This document shows positions 39,688 to 48,925 of a DNA stretch of 64,000 nt, in pieces. Source of the DNA: Candidatus Latescibacterota bacterium (GTDB taxonomy: Bacteria > Latescibacterota > UBA2968 > GCA-2709665); contig CBDCOX010000002.1 in assembly GCA_965219995.1 (NCBI GenBank), positions 3,520,001-3,584,000 of the forward strand, given 5' to 3'. Numbering within the stretch: position 1 is the stretch's first letter; each line of letters opens with the position of its first letter. The notes under the pieces were generated by a model. That model saw only the letters and a list, made by a program, of their open reading frames with translations, ran no database searches and was not told where the DNA came from. The position numbers and the translations under genes were made by a program.

Positions 39688-40078
39688 CTGTGAGGACATG
39701 CAACTCTTGCTGCTATGCATGAGATGAATGAAGCGACTGATCGCTCTGGCAATGCGGTCAGTTTCCCGACGAGAGAACTGGTGCCCACATCTTTCTTGCC
39801 CCTACAGCAATTCGCAAATCCAGATGGAGCCTGTCCAATCCAACGGTTCAATCGTTCAACCGAGAACCGCAAAGCGCCCGACCCGCACACGCACCCTTGA
39901 GTGCATGCTCTGCCGAATTCCGGATTTCCCGAACCTGAATTGCAGGGTCAGTGTCTTTCGGATTGGCAGGACACGTTCGAAATGTAGCGTAAAGTGACCC
40001 TACCCGTACGGACCGATATACTCGACCTCCCATCAAGTCGTTCGAGGATGCGCCTTATGTGACACCACGAAATACACA

Positions 40079-41242
40079 CTAGTACTTACTTGACAAAGAA
40101 AGCGAATTAATATATCTTGTGCTCATAGGGAATCGATCTCAGTTCAACTGTGGAGAGGAGACCGCCTATGAGCCGCCCCGCCGTGTTGATCACGTTGAGC
40201 GACGAGGAAAAAGAGACGCTGTTGAGTTGGACACGTTCAGGCAAGACACAACATCGTTATGTGCTGCGCGCCCGGGTTGTTCTGTCAGCATCTCAGGGCG
40301 TTGCGAACCGGGACATCGCCAGGGACCTGGGAACGCGCGAGGCCACCGTGTGCAAGTGGCGCCGGCGCTTTCACGAGTCGGGTCTTTCCGGGTTGCAGGA
40401 CAAGGCGAGGTCGGGTAAGCCTGCCAAGTACGACCAGTCAAGCGAAAGGCGCATTTTGGAGGCCTTGGACGACGCCCCGCCCAAGGGCTATGGAAACTGG
40501 ACCGGTCCGTTGTTGGCCGACAAGCTGGGGATTTCTGTCCACTATGTCTGGCAGGTCTTGCGCAACCACGGCATCTCACTGGCCAGAAGGCGCAGCTGGT
40601 GTATCAGCACCGATCCCGAATTTGCCACCAAGGCCGCAGCCATCGTGGGGTTGTATCTGGAACCTCCCAAAAATGCGATTGTCTTGTGCGTCGACGAAAA
40701 GCCCGCGATCCAGGCGTTGGAAAGGGTACAGGGATGGCTCAAGCTGCCCAACGGCAAGGCCGTGACCGGCTTTAACCACGAATACAAGAGAAACGGCACC
40801 ACCACGTTATTCGCTGCATTGAACGTCGCCACCGGCCTCGTCAAGGCCGGGCGTTACAAAAGGCGCAAACGACGCCAGTTTCTGAGCTTTATGAACGAAC
40901 TTGTCGCCGAATACCCCGATCAGGAACTCCACATCATCCTCGACAACCTGAACACCCACAGGCCCAAGAACGACCGCTGGCTGCCACGCCATCCCAATGT
41001 CCACTTCTACTACACCCCTACCCACGCATCCTGGCTCAACCAGATCGAAATCTGGTTCAGCATCCTGTGGAAAAGCGCGCTCAAAGGCGGCTCCTTCACC
41101 TCGATTCGAGACTTGCGGACCGCCATCAATCACTTCATTGACGCCTACAACGAGAACGCACATCCCTTCGAGTGGAAGGCCACAAAAGTCCGACCCAAAG
41201 CCCTTGAAGATAAATTCGCTAATTTAACCAATTAAATACTAG
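40079..41242 (+). mobile_element. IS630-family insertion sequence
   Basis: Imperfect terminal inverted repeats CTAGTACTTACTTG..AGCGAATT / AATTCGCT..CAATTAAATACTAG (24/33), both ending in CTAG, consistent with TA duplication; TTGACA-N17-TATCTT inside left end. Confidence 0.9.
40168..41235 (+). CDS. IS630-family DDE transposase
   Basis: HTH (VCKWRRRF..G..GL.D..RSG.P), VLCVDEK, HEYKRNGTT.LFAAL, IILDNL.TH, PTHASWLNQIEIWF; intact frame. Confidence 0.95.
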   Translation: MSRPAVLITLSDEEKETLLSWTRSGKTQHRYVLRARVVLSASQGVANRDIARDLGTREATVCKWRRRFHESGLSGLQDKARSGKPAKYDQSSERRILEALDDAPPKGYGNWTGPLLADKLGISVHYVWQVLRNHGISLARRRSWCISTDPEFATKAAAIVGLYLEPPKNAIVLCVDEKPAIQALERVQGWLKLPNGKAVTGFNHEYKRNGTTTLFAALNVATGLVKAGRYKRRKRRQFLSFMNELVAEYPDQELHIILDNLNTHRPKNDRWLPRHPNVHFYYTPTHASWLNQIEIWFSILWKSALKGGSFTSIRDLRTAINHFIDAYNENAHPFEWKATKVRPKALEDKFANLTN

Positions 41243-41444
41243 GCGAAGATAGGCGAATTTAGCTGCAAGCGCTCAAGATCCTTCGACACGCGGTTGGATC
41301 GCTGAGGTACTCGACAAAGCAGTCGTATGACAAATGGCCATTCCTCGGATAGACGATTCGGAAAAGATTGAGCGCCTGATACCGCAATGGTTTGACGAAA
41401 CCCGGCGCTATGGCACCTCGATACATCTTCGGAGGGGCAGGGTT

Positions 41445-43814
41445 ATGAGACATGTAGTGGCTTTCGTGTTGGTAGTACTGGCGACAAGCCAAGCACTCGC
41501 CTTGACGAAGCAGGCCCGAATAGATTCGCTCTATCGCAAGGCAATGACTCAGATCGGCCGTGTACCACCGAAGGTAAGCATCAACGAATTTGAGCAGGTC
41601 CTGAAGCTGGACTGGGAATTTGCACCCGCGCACTATCAGATCGCAAAACAGCACATGGAAATGAACACGCCGGTCGCGCGACAGAGCGCTCGCAACGCGC
41701 TGAACGAGGCCATACGGATTGATCCGGCGAACAACGAATACCAGCTGACAATGGGTGAGTTACTCAGCAAGCAGGGATTCACGTACAATGCGGAACGACG
41801 ATTTCAAAACGTGGCGAAGGTTTACACGGGTAATGCAGAAGGTGCATACTGGGCGGGATTCTTCGCGGTACAGGAGTATCTCGCGTTGATCGATAAGAAA
41901 GAATTCGCTACTTTCGACAAATATGGCCATGTTCACGTTTTCTACTGGAAGGCTTTCGCGACAAAAGCCTTGGAACGCGCGAGGAAATTCCTGAAACAGA
42001 GCATTGAAGCGGATCCGGAATTCCGCGGCGCCTACAACATGCTGGGACTCCTGCATGTCGAGACTGGAAAACCGGAAGCGTTGGTATTGCTGTTCAAGCG
42101 TTTTCTGAGACATTTTCCGGATGACAAGGATGCATTTATGTTCTGTGGTCTGGGTTATCAGCTGCTCGGTGAAATGGACGTAGGGTATACCTATTATCGG
42201 AGAGCCATTGAACAAATGACCGTCGAGGAGCGATCCTTGATGGAGTCGGTGGACATTATTGCGTCGAAAGAAGAAACTAGACGGATCGCGCTGGACGTTA
42301 ATAGCGGTCACAATGGCGGTGCGGTTTGGACAAATGACAGTGTAGAAGACTTCTGGCGCAAGCAGGATCCCCTGTTTCTGACGGAATTCAATGAACGCAA
42401 GATGGAACACTATGGGCGGGTCGCTTACGCTAATCTCAGGTTTTCCCGCCCCTTCAAAAGCATCGGGGGGTGGCAGACTGATCGAGGGAAAGCGTTCATC
42501 AAATTCGGACGATATATGGGACGAGATGTCTTTATCAACCGGATGGTTTGGAATTATGGGAAGTTTCGTATATGGTACGAGAATGGTGATGGTCTGGACG
42601 CCTGGCGTTTTGCGCGAGGATCGAATACGGGAAAGAGTGCGAGAGAGTCGACAAAGGACTACTGGGTGTGTGTGGGTAAGAGCGCAGTAAAGATCACAAG
42701 GATGCGAGATGATCTGGGCGACTTTTATTCTGGAAAGAGTCGACGGGAACGTCTGAGGGGAACGCGGCCACACGCGCGACAGGTGTTTCAAGATACACCC
42801 CAGCGATATCTCGACCCGTATCGCGAACTGAAATACCATATGCCGCGGCAAGTCGCGGCTTTTCAGGAGGATGACAGTATTCGCGTAGAGTTTGCCTACG
42901 CGATTCCGAAGTCGCGGGTGCAGTTCAACGAGCCTGAGAGCCTTCTGGACCTGGAGGACGGGGTGTTTCTGTTCGACGAGCGGTGGGACGAGGTCTACCG
43001 CAAGAAGATGGACGTCACCATGCAGTGGCCTGAATTCGACAACGCGGCTGAAACAAAGAGCGACAGTCTGCGGCGCAACCACATGGTGTCGTACCGGACG
43101 CTGCGGGTCGCCACGCGGAAGCACCGCATTGTTGTGGAGGTCCGGGATCGCGGTACGGGATCCATAGGGACCTTCCGCGAGTTACGGATGTTCGGTTCGC
43201 ACGATTCGTTGCTGGCGATGAGCGACCTGCTGCTGGCCTCCCGGATCCGGCCGAGAACCGCGTTCCCCGAGGGTCGCGACGATCTGCTTGTCACACCCAA
43301 CCCGCTTCACACCTTCGGCCGGTCCGAGCCCGTCTTCATCTATCTCGAGATCTACAATCTCAAGAAAGACAGATTCGGCCGAACCAAATACCGAATTTCC
43401 TATCGGCTGACCCGGCCCAACCGCGAAGAGATCCATCCCGAACGGTTCGCCGCATTGGACGCACCGGGCGCCGCCAGGGTGGAGGTTCAGACCATCATCG
43501 AGGAACCTGTAATTGACAGCGAAGACGACCTCTGGCGGGATGAGATTCAAGAATCCGTTAGGTATCGTGTGAAGTACATCCTCCCGGAACGAAACCAAAT
43601 CTCCGAGGAGATCGGGAATACGCCTCGTTCAATGGAAGGCACTGAGACGACTGTCACGGCGCGATACGAGGGAGATCGGACGGATGACTTCACCTTCCTG
43701 CAGATTGAATCGAACGATACTCCCGCCGGTTTCCACAAGCTGATCGTTACCGTGAAGGATCTCTACACGGGACAAATCGCGAAACGGCACGTCGTGTTCC
43801 GGGTTGTGGCTTGA
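41445..43814 (+). CDS. Secreted TPR + GWxTD-domain protein (paralog 1)
   Basis: Signal peptide ending ALA; TPRs; FW..QDP..T..NER..EHY.RV.YAN.RF; GWQTDRGKAFIKFG; C-terminal MSDLLLA and IYLEIYNL..D.FG beta domains. Confidence 0.85.
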   Translation: MRHVVAFVLVVLATSQALALTKQARIDSLYRKAMTQIGRVPPKVSINEFEQVLKLDWEFAPAHYQIAKQHMEMNTPVARQSARNALNEAIRIDPANNEYQLTMGELLSKQGFTYNAERRFQNVAKVYTGNAEGAYWAGFFAVQEYLALIDKKEFATFDKYGHVHVFYWKAFATKALERARKFLKQSIEADPEFRGAYNMLGLLHVETGKPEALVLLFKRFLRHFPDDKDAFMFCGLGYQLLGEMDVGYTYYRRAIEQMTVEERSLMESVDIIASKEETRRIALDVNSGHNGGAVWTNDSVEDFWRKQDPLFLTEFNERKMEHYGRVAYANLRFSRPFKSIGGWQTDRGKAFIKFGRYMGRDVFINRMVWNYGKFRIWYENGDGLDAWRFARGSNTGKSARESTKDYWVCVGKSAVKITRMRDDLGDFYSGKSRRERLRGTRPHARQVFQDTPQRYLDPYRELKYHMPRQVAAFQEDDSIRVEFAYAIPKSRVQFNEPESLLDLEDGVFLFDERWDEVYRKKMDVTMQWPEFDNAAETKSDSLRRNHMVSYRTLRVATRKHRIVVEVRDRGTGSIGTFRELRMFGSHDSLLAMSDLLLASRIRPRTAFPEGRDDLLVTPNPLHTFGRSEPVFIYLEIYNLKKDRFGRTKYRISYRLTRPNREEIHPERFAALDAPGAARVEVQTIIEEPVIDSEDDLWRDEIQESVRYRVKYILPERNQISEEIGNTPRSMEGTETTVTARYEGDRTDDFTFLQIESNDTPAGFHKLIVTVKDLYTGQIAKRHVVFRVVA

Positions 43815-43863
43815 AATATCCGGACTTACAGTTGTCGATTCCTTTGTAGGAGCCTGAGGACCG

Positions 43864-44913
43864 ATGCGACGATATACCCTTTTTGGATTGTGTGCACTTG
43901 GCGCGCTGGCGATTATGTGGCAATATCCGGTCGCTCAGTCCGCCCGCGATGCTGACTTCGACGCCAACGGTATTGTGGATTTCGGGGACTTCATTTTATT
44001 CGCGCAGGCCTTCGGTTCCAGTCAATCCCAATTTGACCTCGACGGCAACGGAAGCGTGGACTTTCCGGATTTCATCCTCTTCGCGAGGCGGTTTGGGGAG
44101 GGTATGCCTGAAGAGAAGATTACCGTTACGCTTCCGGGAGGCGCAAAGCTGGAGATGGTCTGGATCCAAGCGGGCAGGTTCCTGATGGGATCGCCCGTTT
44201 CAGAACCCGGGCGCCGGGATGACGAAGGTCCCCGGCATGAAGTCACGATCACACAGGGATTCTACCTGGGAAAATACGAAGTCACCCAGGCGCAGTGGCA
44301 GAGCGTGATGAATACGCGTCCGTGGGAGCGGTTGGGAGCAACCGATGAACTTGAGAAGGCAAAATACCCGGCTCGCAGCGCACGTTGGGAGTGGAAACAG
44401 TCATTCATTCAGAGATTAAACGAGTCGGAAGGACGGGATATTTTCCGCTTGCCGACGGAGGCGGAGTGGGAATACGCGTGCAGGGCAGGCACTACGACAC
44501 CATGGTTTTTCGGAGCCGACTCGAGCCGTATCGGCGATTATGCCCGCTATCGTGAGAACTCTCGGACGGCGACGGTGATGCCCGACGGCCGCACCGTCTA
44601 TGGAAGCCGGGAGCCTCAGGAGACGGGAGGCGTATTGCCGAATCCGTGGGGTCTATACGATATGTATGGAAATGTTATGGAATGGGTTCAGGATTACTGG
44701 GCCCCGTATTCAGGAGAGGCACAGATCGATCCCAAAGGGCCTCACGAGCCTGCCGAGATTGACAATGTCAATGCGGGATGGCAGGGGTCATTCCATGTTG
44801 CCAGAGGGGGCTATTTTTTCGACACCGCTCTCAGAATGCGGTCGGCGATGCGTGTTCGCGGTGCGGGTGCGAGTCACCGAATTGGGTTTCGTATGCTGAT
44901 GGAACATCGATAG
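43864..44913 (+). CDS. EF-hand/dockerin-like tag + FGE-type C-type-lectin-fold protein (copy 1)
   Basis: Signal peptide; two DxDxNGxVDFxDF motifs; F.MGS, YEVTQAQW, RLPTEAEWEYACRAG, NPWGLYDM.GNV.EW, RGG..R.A.R..GFR. Confidence 0.88.
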   Translation: MRRYTLFGLCALGALAIMWQYPVAQSARDADFDANGIVDFGDFILFAQAFGSSQSQFDLDGNGSVDFPDFILFARRFGEGMPEEKITVTLPGGAKLEMVWIQAGRFLMGSPVSEPGRRDDEGPRHEVTITQGFYLGKYEVTQAQWQSVMNTRPWERLGATDELEKAKYPARSARWEWKQSFIQRLNESEGRDIFRLPTEAEWEYACRAGTTTPWFFGADSSRIGDYARYRENSRTATVMPDGRTVYGSREPQETGGVLPNPWGLYDMYGNVMEWVQDYWAPYSGEAQIDPKGPHEPAEIDNVNAGWQGSFHVARGGYFFDTALRMRSAMRVRGAGASHRIGFRMLMEHR

Positions 44914-44957
44914 ATCAAGCGACAGCATCTGAGAAATGTCATCGGGGCATCCTTGAA

Positions 44958-45091
44958 ATCCCCCCTCCGCATCAGCCGTCGCCGGCCCTTCTACAATCCT
45001 TCGACATTTCGACAAGCTCAATGCAGGCATGCTTAGGACAGCGGCTCAGGGATCGGATCGGGTTCTGCGACTCTCCCTCAAGGGGGGAGTG
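44958..45091 (+). repeat. REP-like element family 2 with internally nested TTCGACAAGCTCA units
   Basis: Colinear with 61640-61729 but expanded by extra CTTCGAC / TTCGACAAGCTCA segments. Confidence 0.75.
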
Positions 45092-45327
45092 GTTCGACCG
45101 TACAACGGACGTGCGTTCAGTTCCGACTATTTGGTTGAGGCTACGTGCAGCGAAGCCACGCTCGACATCGCATATTCGAAGCCTTGACTTATATTTAAAA
45201 TTATTCTTCTTAATTGCATTGAAGGATTTCGCTTGTTGCAGCGTACCGGGGGCACTCCGAGATTCGGGACCGGCCCCATGAATCCCATGCCTTTTCGCGT
45301 TAAGCGGTCTAAAGGAGCCGTGGAGAC

Positions 45328-46359
45328 ATGAGACGGAATACGGTCACATTGATATTCGCCGTTCTGGGTGTGTTGAGTCTGAACCAACTTCTGATGGCGC
45401 AGTCTCGCGATGCTGACTTCGATGCAAACGGAATCGTGGATTTTGGGGACTTCATCCTATTCGCGCAGGCCTTCGGATCGAATCAATCTCATTTCGACCT
45501 CGACGGCAGCAAAAGCGTGGATTTCGCGGATTTCATCCTGTTTGCGAAGCGTTTCGGGGAGGGTGCGCCGGAAACGGAGATTAGGGTGACGCTGCCCGGC
45601 GGCGCAAAGCTGGAGATGGTGTGGATCCAACCTGGAAGATACCTGATGGGGTCGCCGGATTCCGAGCCCGGGCGGCGGGATGACGAAGGTCCACAACATG
45701 AAGTCACCATAACAAAGGGATTCTACCTGGGAAAATACGAACTCACGCAAGCCCAGTGGGAAAGCGTCATGAGCACCAGCCCGTGGCTTGTGGGATCGAC
45801 AACCCAGGTTCCCGGGAGAGCAAACTTTCCGGCCAATAGAATGCGCTGGCACGAAGTGCAGACATTCATACGTAAATTGAATGAAACCGAAGGAGCGGAT
45901 ATTTTCCGGTTGCCCACGGAGGCGGAGTGGGAATATGCATGCCGGGCTGGGACGACGACCCCCTGGGCGTTCGGTGCCGACACGACCCGTATCGCCGATT
46001 ACGCGCGATATTTCGGGAACTCACGCGGATCCACAATTCTGGACGACGGGCGAAGAGTCTTTGGAAGTCCTGAAGCGCAGGAAACCGGGGGCGGATTCCC
46101 GAACCCGTGGGGCCTGTACGATATGCACGGGAATGTAAGGGAACTCGTGCAGGATTACTTTGGGCCGTATTCGGAAGCGCCGCAGATCGATCCCAAAGGG
46201 CCCGACGGTCCCACTGGAAGACGCATTCCGGATGGCAGCCACGTCGAACGAGGAGGATCGAGTTTCGATCAGCCCTTTTGGATAAGGTCGGCTTCCCGTT
46301 CGGTCGGGTGGGTGCCAAACGCTTTCACCGGGTTTCGTGTGGTGATGGAACATCGATGA
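45328..46359 (+). CDS. EF-hand-tagged FGE-type lectin-fold protein (copy 2)
   Basis: Same architecture and motifs as copy 1; AAGGAG RBS. Confidence 0.88.
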   Translation: MRRNTVTLIFAVLGVLSLNQLLMAQSRDADFDANGIVDFGDFILFAQAFGSNQSHFDLDGSKSVDFADFILFAKRFGEGAPETEIRVTLPGGAKLEMVWIQPGRYLMGSPDSEPGRRDDEGPQHEVTITKGFYLGKYELTQAQWESVMSTSPWLVGSTTQVPGRANFPANRMRWHEVQTFIRKLNETEGADIFRLPTEAEWEYACRAGTTTPWAFGADTTRIADYARYFGNSRGSTILDDGRRVFGSPEAQETGGGFPNPWGLYDMHGNVRELVQDYFGPYSEAPQIDPKGPDGPTGRRIPDGSHVERGGSSFDQPFWIRSASRSVGWVPNAFTGFRVVMEHR

Positions 46360-46488
46360 ATCAAGCAACGAAAGATACAAGGTTTCATCCGGGTTGTCTG
46401 CGAAGTATAGGGGCGCTCCGAGATTTGAGTCCCTTCCCGCGATTCGGTGGCCGTTTCGGGATAAGCAGTTAAACGGAGCCGTGGAACC

Positions 46489-47520
46489 ATGAAACAAAAG
46501 TCGATCACGCTGATATTCGCCGTTGTGGGTATGCTGAGCGTGTACCAGCTTCTGATAGCACAGTCTCGAGATGCTGATTTCGACGCTAACGGAATCGTGG
46601 ATTTCGGGGATTTCATTTTGTTCGCGCAGGCCTTCGGGTCGAACCAATCCCAATTTGACCTCGACGGCAGCAAAAGCGTGGATTTCGCGGACTTTATCCT
46701 CTTTGCGAAGCAATTTGGTGAGGGTCCGCCGGAAGAGGATATTACAGTGACCCTACCTGACGGCGCAAAGCTGGAGATGGTCTGGATCCAACCCGGCAGG
46801 TTTCTCATGGGATCGCCCGATTCTGAGTCGGGTCGGTATGACGACGAGGGTCCCCAACATCAAGTCACAATTACAAAGGGATTCTACCTGGGCAAGTACG
46901 AAGTCACACGAGCGCAATGGGAGAGTGTCATGAACACACGGCCGTGGGCTTGGGCCGGCACTTTCGAAGATCCCGAGAAAGCAAAGTATCCAGCAGTCAA
47001 CATGGCGTGGCGAGCAGTTGAGACGTTCATTCGTAGATTAAACGAATCGGAAGGAAAGGAAATTTTCCGATTGCCCACGGAGGCGGAGTGGGAATACGCG
47101 TGCAGGGCCGGTACGACAACCCGCTGGTCGTTCGGAGAGGATTCGACCCGTATCGCGGATTACGCACGTTATAACGAAAACTCGCGGGCCGTGATCGTCA
47201 GAGATGACGGTAGCATAGCGTATGGAAGCCCGGAGGCACAGGAGACGGGTAGCGTCTTTCCGAACCCCTGGGGGCTATACGATATGCACGGGAACGCACG
47301 TGAGTGGGTGCAGGATTTCTATGGTCCGTATTCGGCACAGCCCCAAACTGATCCCACGGGTCCAGAGTGGCCAACCGAAGGAAACGCACCGCAAGATAGC
47401 CACGTCGAACGAGGGGGAGGCTACAACGACCGCCCCGGATCGGTACGGTCTGCTGTCCGTTATCGCGGCTTGGGGCAGAGTATCCTAACTGGTTTTCGTG
47501 TGGTGATGGAACATAGTTAA
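46489..47520 (+). CDS. EF-hand-tagged FGE-type lectin-fold protein (copy 3)
   Basis: Same architecture; first 74 aa identical to copy 4. Confidence 0.88.
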   Translation: MKQKSITLIFAVVGMLSVYQLLIAQSRDADFDANGIVDFGDFILFAQAFGSNQSQFDLDGSKSVDFADFILFAKQFGEGPPEEDITVTLPDGAKLEMVWIQPGRFLMGSPDSESGRYDDEGPQHQVTITKGFYLGKYEVTRAQWESVMNTRPWAWAGTFEDPEKAKYPAVNMAWRAVETFIRRLNESEGKEIFRLPTEAEWEYACRAGTTTRWSFGEDSTRIADYARYNENSRAVIVRDDGSIAYGSPEAQETGSVFPNPWGLYDMHGNAREWVQDFYGPYSAQPQTDPTGPEWPTEGNAPQDSHVERGGGYNDRPGSVRSAVRYRGLGQSILTGFRVVMEHS

Positions 47521-47648
47521 ATCAAGCGATGGCGGATACGAGGTTTCTTCCGGGTTGTCTGCGACGTACAGGGGCGCTCGGAGATTCAAGTCCCGCCCGC
47601 GATTCGGTGGCCGTTTCGGGATAAGCAGTTAAACGGAGCCGTGGAACC

Positions 47649-48677
47649 ATGAAACAAAAGTCGATCACGCTGATATTCGCCGTTGTGGGTATGCTGAGCG
47701 TGTACCAGCTTCTGATAGCACAGTCTCGAGATGCTGATTTCGACGCTAACGGAATCGTGGATTTCGGGGATTTCATTTTGTTCGCGCAGGCCTTCGGGTC
47801 GAACCAATCCCAATTTGACCTCGACGGCAGCAAAAGCGTGGATTTTGCGGACTTTATCCTCTTTGCGAAGCGGTTTGGCGAGGGAATGCCGGAGGCAGAG
47901 AAGACAGTGACGCTTCCGGGAGGCGCAAAGCTGGAGATGGTGTGGATCGAACCTGGAAGGTTTCTGATGGGTTCGCCTGTTACAGAACCGGAACGAGATG
48001 ACGACGAGGGTCCCCGACATGAAGTCACGATCACCAAGGGGTTCTACCTGGGGAAGTACGAAGTCACGCAGGCACAATGGGAGAGCGTGATGAACACGCG
48101 CCCATGGACGAGGTCGGGAGCATCTGGAGATCCGAAAAAAGCCGACTTCCCTGCCTTTTTTCTCAGCTGGGAGAAAGTTGAGACGTTTGTTCGCAGATTG
48201 AACGAAACCGAAGGAAGGGACATTTTCCGATTGCCCACGGAGGCGGAGTGGGAATACGCGTGCAGGGCCGGGACAACGACTCCATGGTCGTTCGGCGACG
48301 ACTTGATTCGCGTCGGTGATTACGCACGCTATTATGAAAACTCACGAACTGCGACAGTACAGGATGACGGGCGCGTTGTCTACGGAAATCCGGAGGCGCA
48401 GGAAGCAGGGGGCGTGTTCCCAAATCCATGGGGCCTATACGATATACACGGGAACGTGCGGGAGTTGGTGCAGGATTTCTACGGGCCGTATCCGGAAACG
48501 CCGCAGACAGATCCCACGGGGCCAGAAGCACCCGTCGACGGAGGGCAACCCGAAATCAACCACGTCGTACGAGGCGGCTCCCACAACGACAGGCCACCGG
48601 GGTTGCGGTCGGCGGCACGTCTTCGCGGCGGAGCAAGCATTCGGACCGGATTCCGGGTGCTGATGGAACATCGATGA
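47649..48677 (+). CDS. EF-hand-tagged FGE-type lectin-fold protein (copy 4)
   Basis: Same architecture and motifs. Confidence 0.88.
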   Translation: MKQKSITLIFAVVGMLSVYQLLIAQSRDADFDANGIVDFGDFILFAQAFGSNQSQFDLDGSKSVDFADFILFAKRFGEGMPEAEKTVTLPGGAKLEMVWIEPGRFLMGSPVTEPERDDDEGPRHEVTITKGFYLGKYEVTQAQWESVMNTRPWTRSGASGDPKKADFPAFFLSWEKVETFVRRLNETEGRDIFRLPTEAEWEYACRAGTTTPWSFGDDLIRVGDYARYYENSRTATVQDDGRVVYGNPEAQEAGGVFPNPWGLYDIHGNVRELVQDFYGPYPETPQTDPTGPEAPVDGGQPEINHVVRGGSHNDRPPGLRSAARLRGGASIRTGFRVLMEHR

Positions 48678-48925
48678 ATCAAGGGAAGCGAGAATTGAAA
48701 AATCAAGGGGACATCGTTGGAATACATTGGGTGTAGCTCCTTTCGAATCAGTAAGGCGGTAGATATCACCTTTTCCAGGATTTGACTTATATTCAAAATA
48801 ACCCTTCTTAATCTACAGGAGCGATCAAGCGGTCTGCGATTAACCGTAGATCTCCTGGATTCGAGTCCCCTTGCGCGGTTCATTTGCCTATCCGGTCTTA
48901 TCGGTCTAAAGGAGCACGAAGCACG

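Noticed and set aside
41411-41426. sigma54 promoter at TGGCAC before GWxTD paralog 1
   Set aside because: No GC at the -12 position (reads TGGCACCTCGATACAT)
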